A DNA stretch of 64,000 bases from the human T2T-CHM13v2.0 reference genome, Homo sapiens (GCF_009914755.1 NC_060925.1), one strand, 5' to 3'. Numbered from the stretch's first letter, positions 1 through 16,515 are shown. Made by a program: numbers and translations. The notes: a model not told the origin generated them from the letters alone.

Positions 1-180
1 AAAATGTGATCAACAATCAAGAGAAAAACAACCAATAGAAGGAGACTCACAGAATATCAATATATCACAGTTGTCAATCAAGTGTTAAAATAACTATTAT
101 GAACACATCAGAAAATTTGCAGAAAAAAAGATGAATAGAATGCATGAAGTAAAATAAAACAGCAAGAAAGAAATAAAAAT

Positions 181-421
181 TATTATTATTTTGAGACAGG
201 ATCTCACTTTGTTGCCTAGGCTGGAGTCCAGTGGCAGGTTCATGGCTCACTGCAGCCTTCACCTCCCCAGGCTCGGGTGATCCTCCCACCTCAGCCTCCC
301 GAGTAGCTGGGACTACAGGCATGTGCCATCATGCCCTGCTATTTTGTGTGTATGCCTGTGTGTGTGTGTGCATGTGTGTGTCTTTTGTAGAGACAGGGTT
401 TTGCTGTGTTGCCCAGGATGG
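181..421 (-). mobile_element. AluJ-type SINE, 5'-truncated, with a (TG)-rich expansion in the middle linker
   Basis: ttttgagacagg...gctcactgcagcct...cctcccacctcagcctcccgagtagctgggactacagg...tgtagagacaggg; J-type motifs. Confidence 0.9.
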
Positions 422-870
422 GTAAATTATTTAAACATTTAAAAGAACCAAATGAAAATTGGATATCTGAAAATTTACTTATTTGAAATTTAAAAGTTAA
501 TTTACAGGCTTAACATCAGATTCAGCACAATGAAGAAAGGAATAGTAAACTTAAAATCAAGTCAGTTGAGATTATCCAAACTGAAACAGGGAAAGAAAAT
601 GGCTGAACAGAACATCAGCTACATGTTAAGATAATATAAAATAATTTAACACATACATAAGTGTAGTCTCAGAAGGGGAGATGAAAAAGAACAGTTATTT
701 TTTTAAATGTATGAAAAGGCATAATGTCTAAATTTTTTCAAATTTTATTTTGAAAAATTAACCCAGAGATCCAAGAAGCTCTGCAAATCCCAGACAGGAT
801 GAATATAATAAAAACCACACCTAAGTATCTCACAGTGAAAAGAAAAAGAAAATATTTAAAGCAGCTAGAG

Positions 871-871
<1 letters not shown>

Positions 872-906
<35 letters not shown>
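872..906. repeat. (AC)n microsatellite, about 17 units
   Basis: Direct reading. Confidence 0.98.
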
Positions 907-907
<1 letters not shown>

Positions 908-1388
908 TTTTGCTGACTTTTCATCAGAAACAATGAAATCCAGAAGAAAATGGAATGACCTCTTTTAATTGCTACACAGGAGAAAAAAAGCAACAACAAC
1001 CTGTCAAACTAGAATAGTATACGTAGAGATAACATCCTCCAAAACTAAAGGTGAAATAAAGACATTTTTAAGAGCAATTATAACAGATAGAAATTTAAAA
1101 TTAAGAGTTTAGGAAAAACAAAATATGTGGATAAAGTTAAGATCCTGTTTTTTATTGTATTAATTTCTTTAAGCATTAATATAGGAGCTCTCTCTTCTGT
1201 CCATCCTTCATATATGCTGAGCTACCTGAAAAATACAACCAAGTTATTTTCCTATTTTAAACTCTTCTATGGTTCACTATCATCTACAAAATGAAGTCTT
1301 AAAGTCCTAAATTTTTACCATGAATTCAAAACCCTTCATTCTGAGCTTCATTTTATTTTTTCATACTCATCTCTGGCCACCACCTCTG

Positions 1389-1390
<2 letters not shown>

Positions 1391-1419
<29 letters not shown>
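1391..1419. repeat. (AC)n microsatellite, about 14 units
   Basis: Direct reading. Confidence 0.97.
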
Positions 1420-1421
<2 letters not shown>

Positions 1422-1604
1422 CACACGTACACAGAACTTTCACCCTAGACAGACTAAAATATTTGAAATTACCTATCTATGCCAGGTTCCCCAGGCCACC
1501 AAGCCCTTGAATATGCTGTTCTCTATGTTTAGCATGCCCTATCACAATCTTTTAATTTGACACACTTCTGAACTTTCTGCAAAACAAAGCCAAAGGATCA
1601 CACT

Positions 1605-2129
1605 ACAATGGGGATTTGTCATTATTTGGGCTGATTAGATCTTTGAACATCTGTACTATGTTTGGAGAGTTACTCATCTTCTAAATCCTTTAGTAGAAGC
1701 CAGATTTTCCCCAGCCTCTCTTGCAGCTAAGATACTAAGATGTGACTGAGGCTTCAATAATCAGATACATCCAACTAGGCTTTGAATAAGAAGCTTGTGA
1801 CTTGTAGAATAAAGCATTGTGTAGAATTTAGTGGCAGCAACTAAATTCAATTGCAAAAGACATCAGCAGCAAGAAGCCTAATGGCAGTGTCTAATGCTTG
1901 GCATCAGCAGAGTTGGTCATGAGTGACTGCATCCACAACCAGTTGGACAGCCATGTGACGCAACTGAACTAGCTTTGCAGCACAATTTTGGGTGTTGCCT
2001 CTGAATGCATACTCTCTAGGCCCTCCTAGAGGCTCTTCATGCTTTCTAATACCTCTTCTAAATTCTTCTTCTGTTTAACTAGCTGAGGCTGATTTATGTT
2101 TTTTGTGATTATAAGCTCTGACTGATACA
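1605..2129 (+). mobile_element. ERVL solo LTR (LTR33-like) nested in the L2
   Basis: ttccccagcctctcttgcagctaag...tgtgactgaggcttcaataatcagat motif; ends ctgactgataca. Confidence 0.6.
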
Positions 2130-2523
2130 CCCTCCCTGCCCTGAAATCTTCCCACATCTCCACCTTCCTGCCATCTTTCACCAACCATCCCTTCTATACA
2201 CACATATGCAGAATATTCACTCCCAATTCTTGAATTGCATAGCATGCTGTGCTGCCTCATCTTCCAGGGACATTATGGTCTACTGTGGTTGTTTGTTTAT
2301 GTGTCTCCTAATTAGGTTGTGAACTAGTTGAGGGCAAGGTTATAGTCTCATTCATTACTGTCCTTTCACAAAGTGCTTAGCAGGGTACCTGAGCTTGCAC
2401 AGAAGAGATGCTCTGGAGGTACTGATTGATTACATGTACACTGAAGGCAATTTCTCCATATAACTGCAGTGGAAAAAAATGTAAAACCACTTTTTCTCAA
2501 AATTCACCTCAAGAATGAGTCCA

Positions 2524-6361
<3,838 letters not shown>

Positions 6362-6374
6362 AAGAATGGGTCCA

Positions 6375-6490
6375 ACAGAATCAATCTCTTCTCTCTTTCT
6401 AATAGGATCGTGAGGCTGGTACAACAAAGGAGTGTGTAGACAGTTGTAACTCAACAAGGCATGTGACAAGGTCACTGATGCTATCCTTAA
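6375..6490 (+). mobile_element. CR1/L3 reverse-transcriptase fragment; its left part lies at about 2495-2523, split off by the L1PA
   Basis: Hand translation gives NRIVRLVQQ...LNKACDKVTDAIL, resembling CR1 RT DRVTRLVDQG...FSKAFDKVSHDIL. Confidence 0.6.
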
Positions 6491-6663
6491 GTACAGGTTT
6501 ACCTGAGGATAGTGCATCAGTAAGTAGCTGTGTTAATGTAAGGATCTTCCTACTGCACTCAATGTAGTCCTGTCCTGCCCAGAATTTTTGGATGGCCCAG
6601 AAGGCATTATGAATCTACGCATGCAAGACAGAAATTAGGACCACTATTTTATGGATAAAGGTG

Positions 6664-7090
6664 TAGTGGCATACTGGTTAATGCTTAACAGCTGGCTTTT
6701 CAGAAGGAGAAAAGCTCATATTTGTAGCATTTGCCAATTTCCATGTTATGTTGTACATACCCCTACCATAACTCATTTCAAGATGCCAGTGTAACAGCTC
6801 TGAATGTGGAGTTGGGAAGAGACTGGCACAACATTATGTAGAATTTTTACCATACAGATACAACAGACATAAATAAATAACTACAAGAGCATAGATGATA
6901 GTAAAACATACTAAAATAATTAGAAATTGATGAGTTTTGAGTATTTGTTACTTTTGTTTACAAATATAATTATTATAAACTTATATAATTAATTTTTAGT
7001 TGTCTGTCTTTAATAATCAACTTAAGGGATTCCTAAAAATGTAATGGTAGACTTGAGTGAGCTAGCATGAGCTGGCTTAGTGTACCACTA
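6664..7090 (-). mobile_element. MER63B-like hAT-Blackjack DNA transposon
   Basis: Terminal inverted repeats tagtggcatactgg / ttagtgtaccacta; internal ggagttgggaagaga and gatgagttttgagtattt. Confidence 0.8.
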
Positions 7091-7254
7091 ATTCTGTGCC
7101 AACTCTGTGACCTCATCCAGTCTTTACAACCTCGGTCTGATGCATTAGGAAAGGTACAAAAGAAAGAAAACCAGAGGATTGTAAGTAGATGAGAAACTTG
7201 TCTAAGATCATGTGGCTAATTTCTGGTCACACTCGGACAAATATAAAATTTGGG

Positions 7255-7475
7255 GATGCCTACCACATGTCAGGCACTGTGATAAGCATTTTGCAAAGAC
7301 TCATTTAATTCTCACTATGGAATAGGTTCTATAATTATTCCCCCTTTTTAGATTAAAATAAGAAATAAATAACTGGAGAGAGGCTAAGTAATTTGCCCAG
7401 TGGCACACAACCAGGAGTACTGGAGCCAAGACTCAAACCCAGGCAGCCTGGTATCAAAGCTTGTGCTCATATCTA
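7255..7475 (-). mobile_element. MIR SINE
   Basis: gagagaggctaagtaatttgcccagtggcacaca...gactcaaacccaggcagcctgg core. Confidence 0.85.
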
Positions 7476-8122
7476 TTATCTCTAGTGCCTCGGGTTTACT
7501 GACTTTGCAAGACACCATCACCCACTTCATGTTTAAATGGGGACTAAAGAACCCACTTACTTCCACATGCTTAACTTCACACTGTGCATTTTGGATCATT
7601 CCATGTCTTTTGCTAAAAACTCGAGGACCAGGCTTTGTAAGTTAGTTTTACAATGGAGAGGAGATATTCTCTCAAGCCACCGTAATCCCTTAGCAACCAA
7701 TGGCCTTTACTTTCAAAGGGATCAGAACTGGGAACTAGAATGGAATCTAGAGACATGAGATAAGTTCTTTGCTTCATGGAACTGAACTTTATAACACATG
7801 ATATTTATTCATTATCTGATGTCCTTAATGAATTTATTCTGTCATCAAATATTTGAATGAAAGACTCACTGTGTGCCAGGTAATGTGTGAAGTTTCAAGG
7901 GTCACTTATTCTATCAGACAACATTAAAACAGTTCCTAGGATTCATGAGCTTTTCAAGTGGTCATGGGAATATTTGAGACTGAAAATAATCATCATCTCC
8001 AAAATACAAAGACTGCAAAATTAAATTTAAAAAATCTACTTGAATGTCTACAAAGTACAACCTTATATCAACCAGTTAAATACCTTTCAACACAACTCTT
8101 ATAGGGTTATATATAAATTACA

Positions 8123-8463
8123 CAGTCTTTCCTTGGTATCTGTGGGGAATTAGTTCCAGCACCTCCCTGGGATACCAGAATCTGAAGATACTCAAGTCCC
8201 TTATATAAAATGTTGTAGTATCTGCATATAACCTACATATATCCTCCTCTGCACTTTGAATCATCTCTAGATTACTTATAATATCTAATGCAATGTAAAT
8301 GCTCTGTAAATGGTTTATAATTTATTGTTTAGGGAATAATAATAAGAAAAAAAGTCTGTAAGTGTTCAGTACAGACACAACCATCTAGTTTTAAAAAAAT
8401 GTTTTAAATCTTTGGTTGGTTGAATCCAGAAATGCAAAACCCATGGATATGGAGGCCTGACTG
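8123..8463 (+). mobile_element. MER2 (TcMar-Tigger MITE)
   Basis: cagtc...gactg termini followed by TA on the right; ctcaagtcccttatataaaatg and aatcatctctagattacttataata. Confidence 0.9.
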
Positions 8464-8649
8464 TATATTTAGTATGGCAGTGGTATTATAGTGTGTTTTA
8501 TTTTTTAATAAGACAGCCCTCTAAAACTGAGTACCTAAGGCCTGTGAAGGTTATGAAACAACCTAGGGAAACAAAGATGCACAAGACATAACTTCTGGCT
8601 TCAAGGGAGCCTAATCTTATGTTTTTCTGTTTACTTGTCTATTTTTATG

Positions 8650-8765
8650 TTGTAATCATGAGCTCCTGGAAGGCAAGGATTTGCCCTGTGTTTTCTTGTT
8701 AAACTTCATATTCCCTGCACCTGGAGCAGGGTTGCGTTCAGAATAGTATCTAACGTGTTGACTAG
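8650..8765 (+). mobile_element. L2 3' tail fragment
   Basis: tgagctcctggaaggcaaggat...ttccctgcacctggagcagg. Confidence 0.6.
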
Positions 8766-9769
8766 ACAAACACAATCAGATTAGTGCTGTGATCTACACT
8801 CTAAATTTTGAGCAATCCACAAAAACACAGAAGACAATTTCTTGTATCCTCTTGTATGCACACGCCCCGCACACACACCTCCTCCATTTCTTACCCACTA
8901 AATTTCAAAATGGATGGAAGGAAACAAGAAAATCAACATTGGCAACAGTAGCTACAAAGCACCAGCTACTGTGCTGGGTTCTTTTCATACATCATGTAGA
9001 TATTCCACTACGTTGCAGTGGGCATTGCAGATAACTAGGAATTTGCAGTCATTTTATTTTCTTGAACTGCCCATTTTTTCCCAGCTTCTGTTTGTGATCC
9101 TTTTTGCATAGCCTCTTGCATGCCAAGTGTAAGATGCCTGGTTATGAAGGGGAGTGACAATTTCAGGCAGATTATAAAGCAAGCAGGAAACAGTCACCAC
9201 AAGAGGGGCTAAATTTCTTGAAATTCATCCCGCTGCTCACTTAAATGAAATGTTTATCTCTCCCACACTTATCAGTTCATTTGGATTCCTGGACCAATCT
9301 TGTCACTTCAGGCAGCTTTAATGGTTTTTATTTATGCGAGCTCAACACTGCCACTTCTGAACTGGTTGTCCACCACCAAGCCTTAGCCTTTCTCATTCCC
9401 ACAAAGCCAAAACATTTCTGTGCTCCAGAGAAATTGCACTGTTGGGGAGCTGCATTATTCTCATGTCAGCATTCCACGTTCTAAAAGTGATTATTTCACA
9501 GGGGTGGACTTAAAGCAGCTCAAAGCTCAGGAGAAGATAGAGAGGGGTGTGCAGGTGTCAGAGAAATGGGAATATAGTCTAAAGACTTGATTCTATCTGC
9601 ACCCTTCCAGATTTGACCCACATAACATTACAGGATTAGTTCAGAATGTGGTTTTTAGGAAACGTTGCTTAGCATTAAATAAACATGAATTTAGGTATAC
9701 AGTATTGAGGCTTTTTCCTTCCTTGACTCAAGGGTTTTGGTTTTTTTGTTTTGTTTTGTTTACTTTAGC

Positions 9770-10000
9770 ATTCACTGGGCACAGATTGCATTGCCAGGCA
9801 CTGTGTGAAGAGATTTCTGTTTATTATCTCGGTTGAATCCATGCACAAATCCATGACGTAAGTATGAAAATACCCATTAAACATTAGAAAACCAAGGCTC
9901 AGGAAAGTGAAGAGACTTACCCAAGGTCACACATCTTGTAAATATCACAAGCTGGGTGAGTGCCTAGTTCGTCTTTCTCCAAAGGCTTGCTTTTAGCACT
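9770..10000 (-). mobile_element. MIR SINE
   Basis: gccaggcactgtg...aaaccaaggctcaggaaagtgaagagacttacccaaggtcacaca. Confidence 0.85.
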
Positions 10001-10029
10001 TAAATATTATTGAACCCGTTAGTAGTGCC

Positions 10030-10875
<846 letters not shown>

Positions 10876-10877
10876 GG

Positions 10878-11060
10878 AAGTGGTTCTTAAATGTCAGTGT
10901 ACATTTTTAAAAATCGCCTGGGAAATGATCTAAAATTGCAGATTCTGGGAACCCCAAGATAATGAAATTCACTACATTTGAAATAGGACCCTAAAACCTG
11001 CATTCAGCAGGCCTCCAGGTGATTCTGATGCAAGTGCTGTGCAGGCAACTCCTTGTGAGG
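10878..11060. mobile_element. MER5-family hAT-Charlie MITE
   Basis: agtggttcttaaa...tgcagattctggg...ccaggtgattctgatgca. Confidence 0.7.
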
Positions 11061-11129
11061 TATTTCTAGGATAGACATGCCCAGTGATGGATTGGGTATG
11101 AGGGTGAGGGAAAGGAAAAATTGAGTTTA

Positions 11130-11632
11130 TGTTTCCCTCACCCCCCAGCATTGTTCCCTATTTCTCCTGATAACTGCTTGATTTTCTTCTTGGAAGTTCC
11201 CTTTCCCCACTCTTAGCCCATCTGGTTTATGGAAAGCCCCCCATGACCAGCCTAAGCTAATCAGGTCGTCACACCCTACTCTTTCAGGGATGGGCAGGAG
11301 ACGCACTCAGAGCCAATTGTGGGGCTTCTGGGAAGAGAAGCAAGTGATGTTCCTTGTTGGCGTTGAAACTAGCAGGAAAAAGATGCTGCAGCTGCTTCAT
11401 TCAGGTAGCACCTGAGAACAAAGCCAAGTGAAGGCAGATCTGAGAGATGGAAAAAAACAAAATCCTAGGTCATTTTTTGGGTCCTGAATATAGCCCTGTC
11501 TAAAGCCAGTGTACCCCTATACCTTTTCACTGCATGAGCCTGTAATTTGCTATTTTTGCTGTTGTTGCTGTTGTTTTACTTACACCATTCTGTGTTGGGT
11601 TTTCTACCGATGAAATGAAGACTCTGCTGATC
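11130..11632 (+). mobile_element. MLT1 (J/K/L-type) MaLR LTR
   Basis: tcagggatgggcaggaga...gagccaat, gcagatctgagagatgga, gttgggttttct near the 3' end. Confidence 0.7.
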
Positions 11633-12477
11633 TCTTTAAGAAAATCTGATACATAAAAATCTTACCTTACAAATCAGATAAATGAAGAGCTGATTACTTC
11701 TATTAAAAAGGGATTCACTCACAGTTTCCTTTGAAGAGAGAGCCTCCCCAAGGTATGAAGTGTGGAATTTGATTTATTAAATTTGATTTACACATGACCT
11801 CTTCAGGAGGACAATGTTAAATGCAAAGTAAGAGCCGTTTTACCAAGAGAATTGCTCTCAAAGCCACCGCACTGTGACTTTCAAGGGGTCATCTGGAGTG
11901 GTTACCCAAGAACCAGCCTCCTTGCCCTATTTTGGGGGTATAAATTTGATCTTACCGAACCCTAGTCCCCATAACTGTACAATCCAACCCACATCCAGCA
12001 AGACCTGGTATCACTGTTACACAAGTTTGATCAGATGTACAAGTTGTCCTCAACTATAAGTTGGTGGGATTTGCATAGCTCTTCTTCAACTCCTAGTAGA
12101 AAACAAACTCAAATTGTGCTTCCTTAATATATTAACTAATGTATTCATTATTCTTTATCAGTAACACAGATGAAAAGGCTTTCTGCTAAGTTATGTGTTT
12201 TTCTGGGTTTACAGTGAATAGATCACTGGGGTTTCTATTCTATAGGTAGATGATTACCTGCTGCCAGGGAGAGAGGAAATTCTGCACAGCCCCAGCTCAG
12301 TGTTCAGGCAAATTGAAGGATGCTTCAACATCTATATCTGCCTTGTCTGAAACAAGGGACAAGCCTCACCCTTCTCTGTACACCCATTGCCTAGGACATG
12401 GCAGGCCTGTAGCATCAATCTTAGTGGAATGACTCAATGATTAGATCAGTACCTGGAGAAGTCTAAAAAGAGGCCCT

Positions 12478-13083
12478 AGTTATGGGTCAGTCTATCAGGG
12501 AGAGGATATAATTTCGCTCTGGAAACTTCCTTGTTCTGAAACTTAGGCACGCCCAGAATGTTAGGAGGAACAGAGCCTTTCTCCCACCTGGGTGAGCAGC
12601 AACATCCCTGAGTCTTTAACATAAAACTTCTTTCTAGACCTAGAAATGCAATTTCTCCACTCCAGCCTCTAAATTGCTCCCCCTCTGTCTCAGGGCTTTT
12701 GTGAATACTTTTATTTCTAACTTGGCAAGCCTTTTTCATTTCCTCTCCCAATCCCTTACAGGGAGCAATAAAGCTAGATTTTTCTTTCCAGCCCAGGGCA
12801 GGTTCCTGGATCTCTTTCCTGGTTCCCGGTTCTCTTTCCTGGTTCCCAAGGTCTCATTTTTCTTCCCAGAGTCTCCTGTTCCCACTTGTAGACCAGTCAG
12901 GGCTCCCTCTCTCTGTCTAACTCTTGCTCCCTTTCCCCCTTTGGAAGGGGCAGAGAGCTAAGCTAATCATACTTCTTGGTTCACAGCAGGTATCATCAGC
13001 AACTGCCTGTTTAAAAGTCTTGATAGAGTTTGTTTCAATATTTTTCCTTCATCCCCACTCCCCAGGCCCATTTCCCATAAGCA
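12478..13083. mobile_element. Possible solo LTR of uncertain family
   Basis: About 600 bp bounded by inverted ttatggg...cccataa(gca), with an internal AATAAA; family not recognised. Confidence 0.35.
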
Positions 13084-13089
13084 TTTACT

Positions 13090-13580
13090 ATATTGTGCTT
13101 GGTAAATGCCCTTGGATATGAGTGTATCCATGAAAAATCTGTAATATTGCTTTATGAATAAATTTGTTTTAAATGTACATAAGTGGCAGTGTGCTTCAGA
13201 TTTCAAGCTGTTTCCTTTTTTATCACTCTATTTTACAGTTCTAGTTATGTTGCTGTGTATATACCCATTTTGTTGCTCTAACTTCTATACTGTATTCGAT
13301 AAAAACATCATCTACATTTTGCTTATCAATTTTTTAGTGACAAGTTCCTGGGTTGCCTAAAGCTCCCTACCATCACCAACAATGCTGCTCTGAACATCTT
13401 CGTTCAGTTCTGATGGACCTGTGCCTGGAGTGTTCCGAGGTGTGCACACAATAAGATTGCCAGGTCACTGAATTCTGGTACAGGCCATGTGCACATTTAA
13501 TTTCATTAAATGAGCTCTTGAATGGCTGCACCAGAATTCAGGGTATTTCTTTTGTTTCTCTAGGCTCTTCCAACCATATA
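13090..13580 (-). mobile_element. Old L1ME-type 3' fragment
   Basis: atgttgctgtgtata, ttgcttatcaa...gtgacaagttcctgggttgc, aacaatgctgctctgaacatctt. Confidence 0.7.
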
Positions 13581-13861
13581 TGAATGCTAATAATTTTTAT
13601 TTGAAATTTTCAACTTTCACTTTATTTTCTTTAATTTTGTGATAAACTTGTTGAGACAAATAGGGAAGATTTTTGAGATAAAGATATCTCTACTCTACAT
13701 TTGGGGAAGATGAGGCTGCAATGCTGAGTTTGGCAACTCCTATGCTGGAAATCAATAAGTTAGAAACTGGGTTCAGTCTGTGTTCCAACAGAATCATAGG
13801 TAAGAAGTTGAGATTAACACCAGGGAGACATCAGGAGATAAAAAAAGATTCATCTCTAGAC

Positions 13862-14041
13862 CAGTGGTTCTCAACCTTGGTGGCACGTTACAGTGACCTG
13901 GGGATCATTTAAGAAATACTGATGCTTGTGCCTCTCCCAGGATAAAGACAAATTAAATTATATTATCTGGGGTGGGGGTTGCACAGACATTTTAAAAGCT
14001 CTTGAGGTGATTTTAATATGCAGCCAGTGCTGAGAATCTTA
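13862..14041. mobile_element. MER5A1-like hAT MITE
   Basis: cagtggttctcaacc...ggtgattttaatatgcagccagtgctgagaatc; 8-bp TSD ctctagac / ccctagac. Confidence 0.85.
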
Positions 14042-14659
14042 CCCTAGACTAAGAGGCTGGGCTTAGAAAGAGGAGAACCTGGTGTTAATCACTGGGCACA
14101 CCAGTGTGATGATTTAAAGACCTGATGGCAAAGAGGACATCCTGGAGGTAAAATACATAAAGAAATAATAAGAAAGATATTTTAATTTTTGCCTAATAAT
14201 TAGAAACTCAAAACTTTCAAATGATTGAATAATTACAGAAATATATGAAACCCTAAGGCCATTAACAAGACTGCCACGGATCATTACCCAGGCCTAGTGA
14301 GCGCCCAGCTGACAGGCCTGGACCTCTGGGTAGCTGTCCACGGTGCTGACACCCGCCGTGCTTATTGCTGGCTGCCCTCTGCCAGCAGGAAACAGATTTC
14401 CAGGGCCACCCGGTGTTGAATGAGTGGTCCCCTGCAGAGTCCATTTCTCTCTGCAGTTTGTAGGTAAGCCCATTACTATGCTGATATTCTCCAACCATTG
14501 AGAAAGTTTAATTTCCAAATTGGCAGCAATGAAGCTGACTCTGAAAATGACTCCCCTTCCAAGCCTGGCTCTTTGTTTTCTGATATATTTCAGACTAATC
14601 CATAATATGCAACGGTAAAATGGCCTCTATTACAGAAAGAAGACATCTGAAGGGAGGTT

Positions 14660-14870
14660 ATTAACATTAGCTGAGCATCTACTATGAGCCAAAGTGCTAA
14701 GCATTTTACACTTTTTATCTTGATTAAAGTTTATAAAAGCCCTGATAATCCCTCTTTTACGTATATCATAGCAGAGGCTCAGAGAGATTAAGTGACTCAT
14801 TTAGAGCAGATTACCTTTAAAAGAGGCAGAAAATTATTCCAACCGTGTTCTCTCTGATTTCAGAACTCCG
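14660..14870 (-). mobile_element. MIR SINE
   Basis: ctgagcatctactatgagcc...gaggctcagagagattaagtgact. Confidence 0.8.
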
Positions 14871-15337
14871 TCTGCATTGAGGAAAATCTAACTTGTTTTC
14901 AATTATTGCCCAGATGAGAGATGTAATATCTTCTCTTAAGCCCTGTGGGTATTTAGCAGTTTTCATTATCAGCAGATTCTCTTGGTACCTAATCTAAATC
15001 CTCCCCAGGATAATCTAACATCTTGGGAAGATGGAGATTATCTGATGAGCATTACGTCTATGAATTGGCCCATTCACTTGAGATGGGGAATTTCAGTCTA
15101 TTGTAGATGAATCATAATGTCAAATTCTACTGCTATGGGATATAAAGACCCATTGTCTGAAGACAAGCATCACTAGGAAAATTGTCTTGCTATATGCCAA
15201 GGTAAAGCTCTGAGTCTTACCATGAGCAGAAAAAAAAATGTAATTATTCTCAGTGGCCCCTCATGGGCCCCATGCTGCTGCTTGCTTCTCATTAATGAAG
15301 AGACGTCAGGAAAAGATTCATACGTGGTTCTCTAAAG

Positions 15338-15490
15338 CAGTGATTTATCAAGTGGGGTCCTTGGACCAGCAGCATCAGTATTACCTGGGAATTTGTTAAC
15401 TATGCAAATTTCCAGGCCCACCACCTCAAGCCTACTGAATCAAAACCTCTGAGGATGGGTATTATTAATAATCTATACTTTAACAGATCA
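15338..15490. mobile_element. MER5A fragment followed by (GA)n
   Basis: ggaccagcagcatcagtattacctgggaatttgtta...cctactgaatcaaaacctctg. Confidence 0.8.
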
Positions 15491-16435
15491 TATACGGAGA
15501 GAGAGAGAGAGAGAGGAGTTTAAAGCTTCTGCTAGTCAATTAAAAAAAAAGAAAACAGCAAGTGCCAAAATGTACATCTGCTTTGGCTATGGGAATCCAG
15601 GAAAGCAGTCACCTGGACTGATTAGCACCATCTAAAGACAAATAGAAAACATGCTACCACTGCATTACCTCTCTGCTTAAAAACTGCAAAGGGTTACCTA
15701 TTGCCTGCTGTACTTAGCCTGAATGTCTTTTTTCTAGGCTACTTCTGCCAGGCTGCACCTCATCCACTCCATCCATCCAATTTTAACCCCTTCTCCTTCC
15801 CCTCAGGCACTATGTGCTCTAGGTTAAGATGTGGAGATTTGGGTGGGAAAGTGGTTGACGGAGAGGAGTAAAACCATTATTTTTCTGAAGATTTTTTTGT
15901 CAAGAAGTAACACATTCCCCCCCCCATTTTTTGCTTCTTTATAAGCTCTACATCCCTAAATACACAAAACATGATCATTTTCTAGCCAACCAAGTCATGC
16001 ATAATGCATTTTTATTGGCACCTTGAATAAAGATATGGCAGACATGAATATGAAATGTGCAGATGAAAGTGCTGAGAGGAGAACTCACAATGGGTGAACA
16101 GGGAGCAAGAGAGCACCTGGCTGCTCTTGCAAAGCCAAAAAAGATTCTGCTGGAAGAATTTCACCCCACAGTCCTGGGGAGACTTGCAGATGCAATCACT
16201 AAGCCACTGTTGGCTTTCTATGAGGTATCAGGGAAAATGGGTGAGATGCTGATGGTTGCAGATGGAGAAAGGTCTTTAACATAGACAAGAAGAAAAAGGT
16301 GGATTCTCAAACTATTAACTAGTGAAAAGTTTAATGAATACTTTAGAGTTACAGAGTGTAGCCTGGAAATCAGTGTGGATTTACCAGACAGCTTTAGTTA
16401 AGGAACCAGGAATGTTTGGCTTGAAATGGGAGAGC

Positions 16436-16436
<1 letters not shown>

Positions 16437-16494
<58 letters not shown>

Positions 16495-16515
16495 GATAGA
16501 GATAGAGATAAATAG
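16437..16515. repeat. (GATA)14 tetranucleotide STR followed by (GAGATA)3
   Basis: Direct reading. Confidence 0.97.

Larger units (their letters stand above)
1..1170 (+). mobile_element. Ancient L1M-type LINE, ORF1 region, interrupted by an AluJ and (AC)n
   Basis: A-rich sequence with L1 ORF1-like phrases (aaagaaccaaatgaaaatt, ctgacttttcatcagaaacaatgaaatccagaagaaaatggaatgac, ggtgaaataaagacattt); no intact ORF. Confidence 0.7.
1250..2430 (+). mobile_element. L2 LINE 3' portion, split by (AC)n and an ERVL LTR
   Basis: L2-like phrases, e.g. ttgtgaactagttgagggcaagg...gtgcttagcagggtacctg...gattgatt. Confidence 0.6.

Noticed and set aside
7925-8565. Possible hAT-type element hosting the MER2 and interrupting an L2 tail
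   Set aside because: Termini too degraded for me to assign a family or boundaries
12430-12436. Scattered AP-1 TGA(C/G)TCA heptamers (also near 14793, 32077, 35847, 40599 and 60874)
   Set aside because: Frequency is compatible with chance; no clustering
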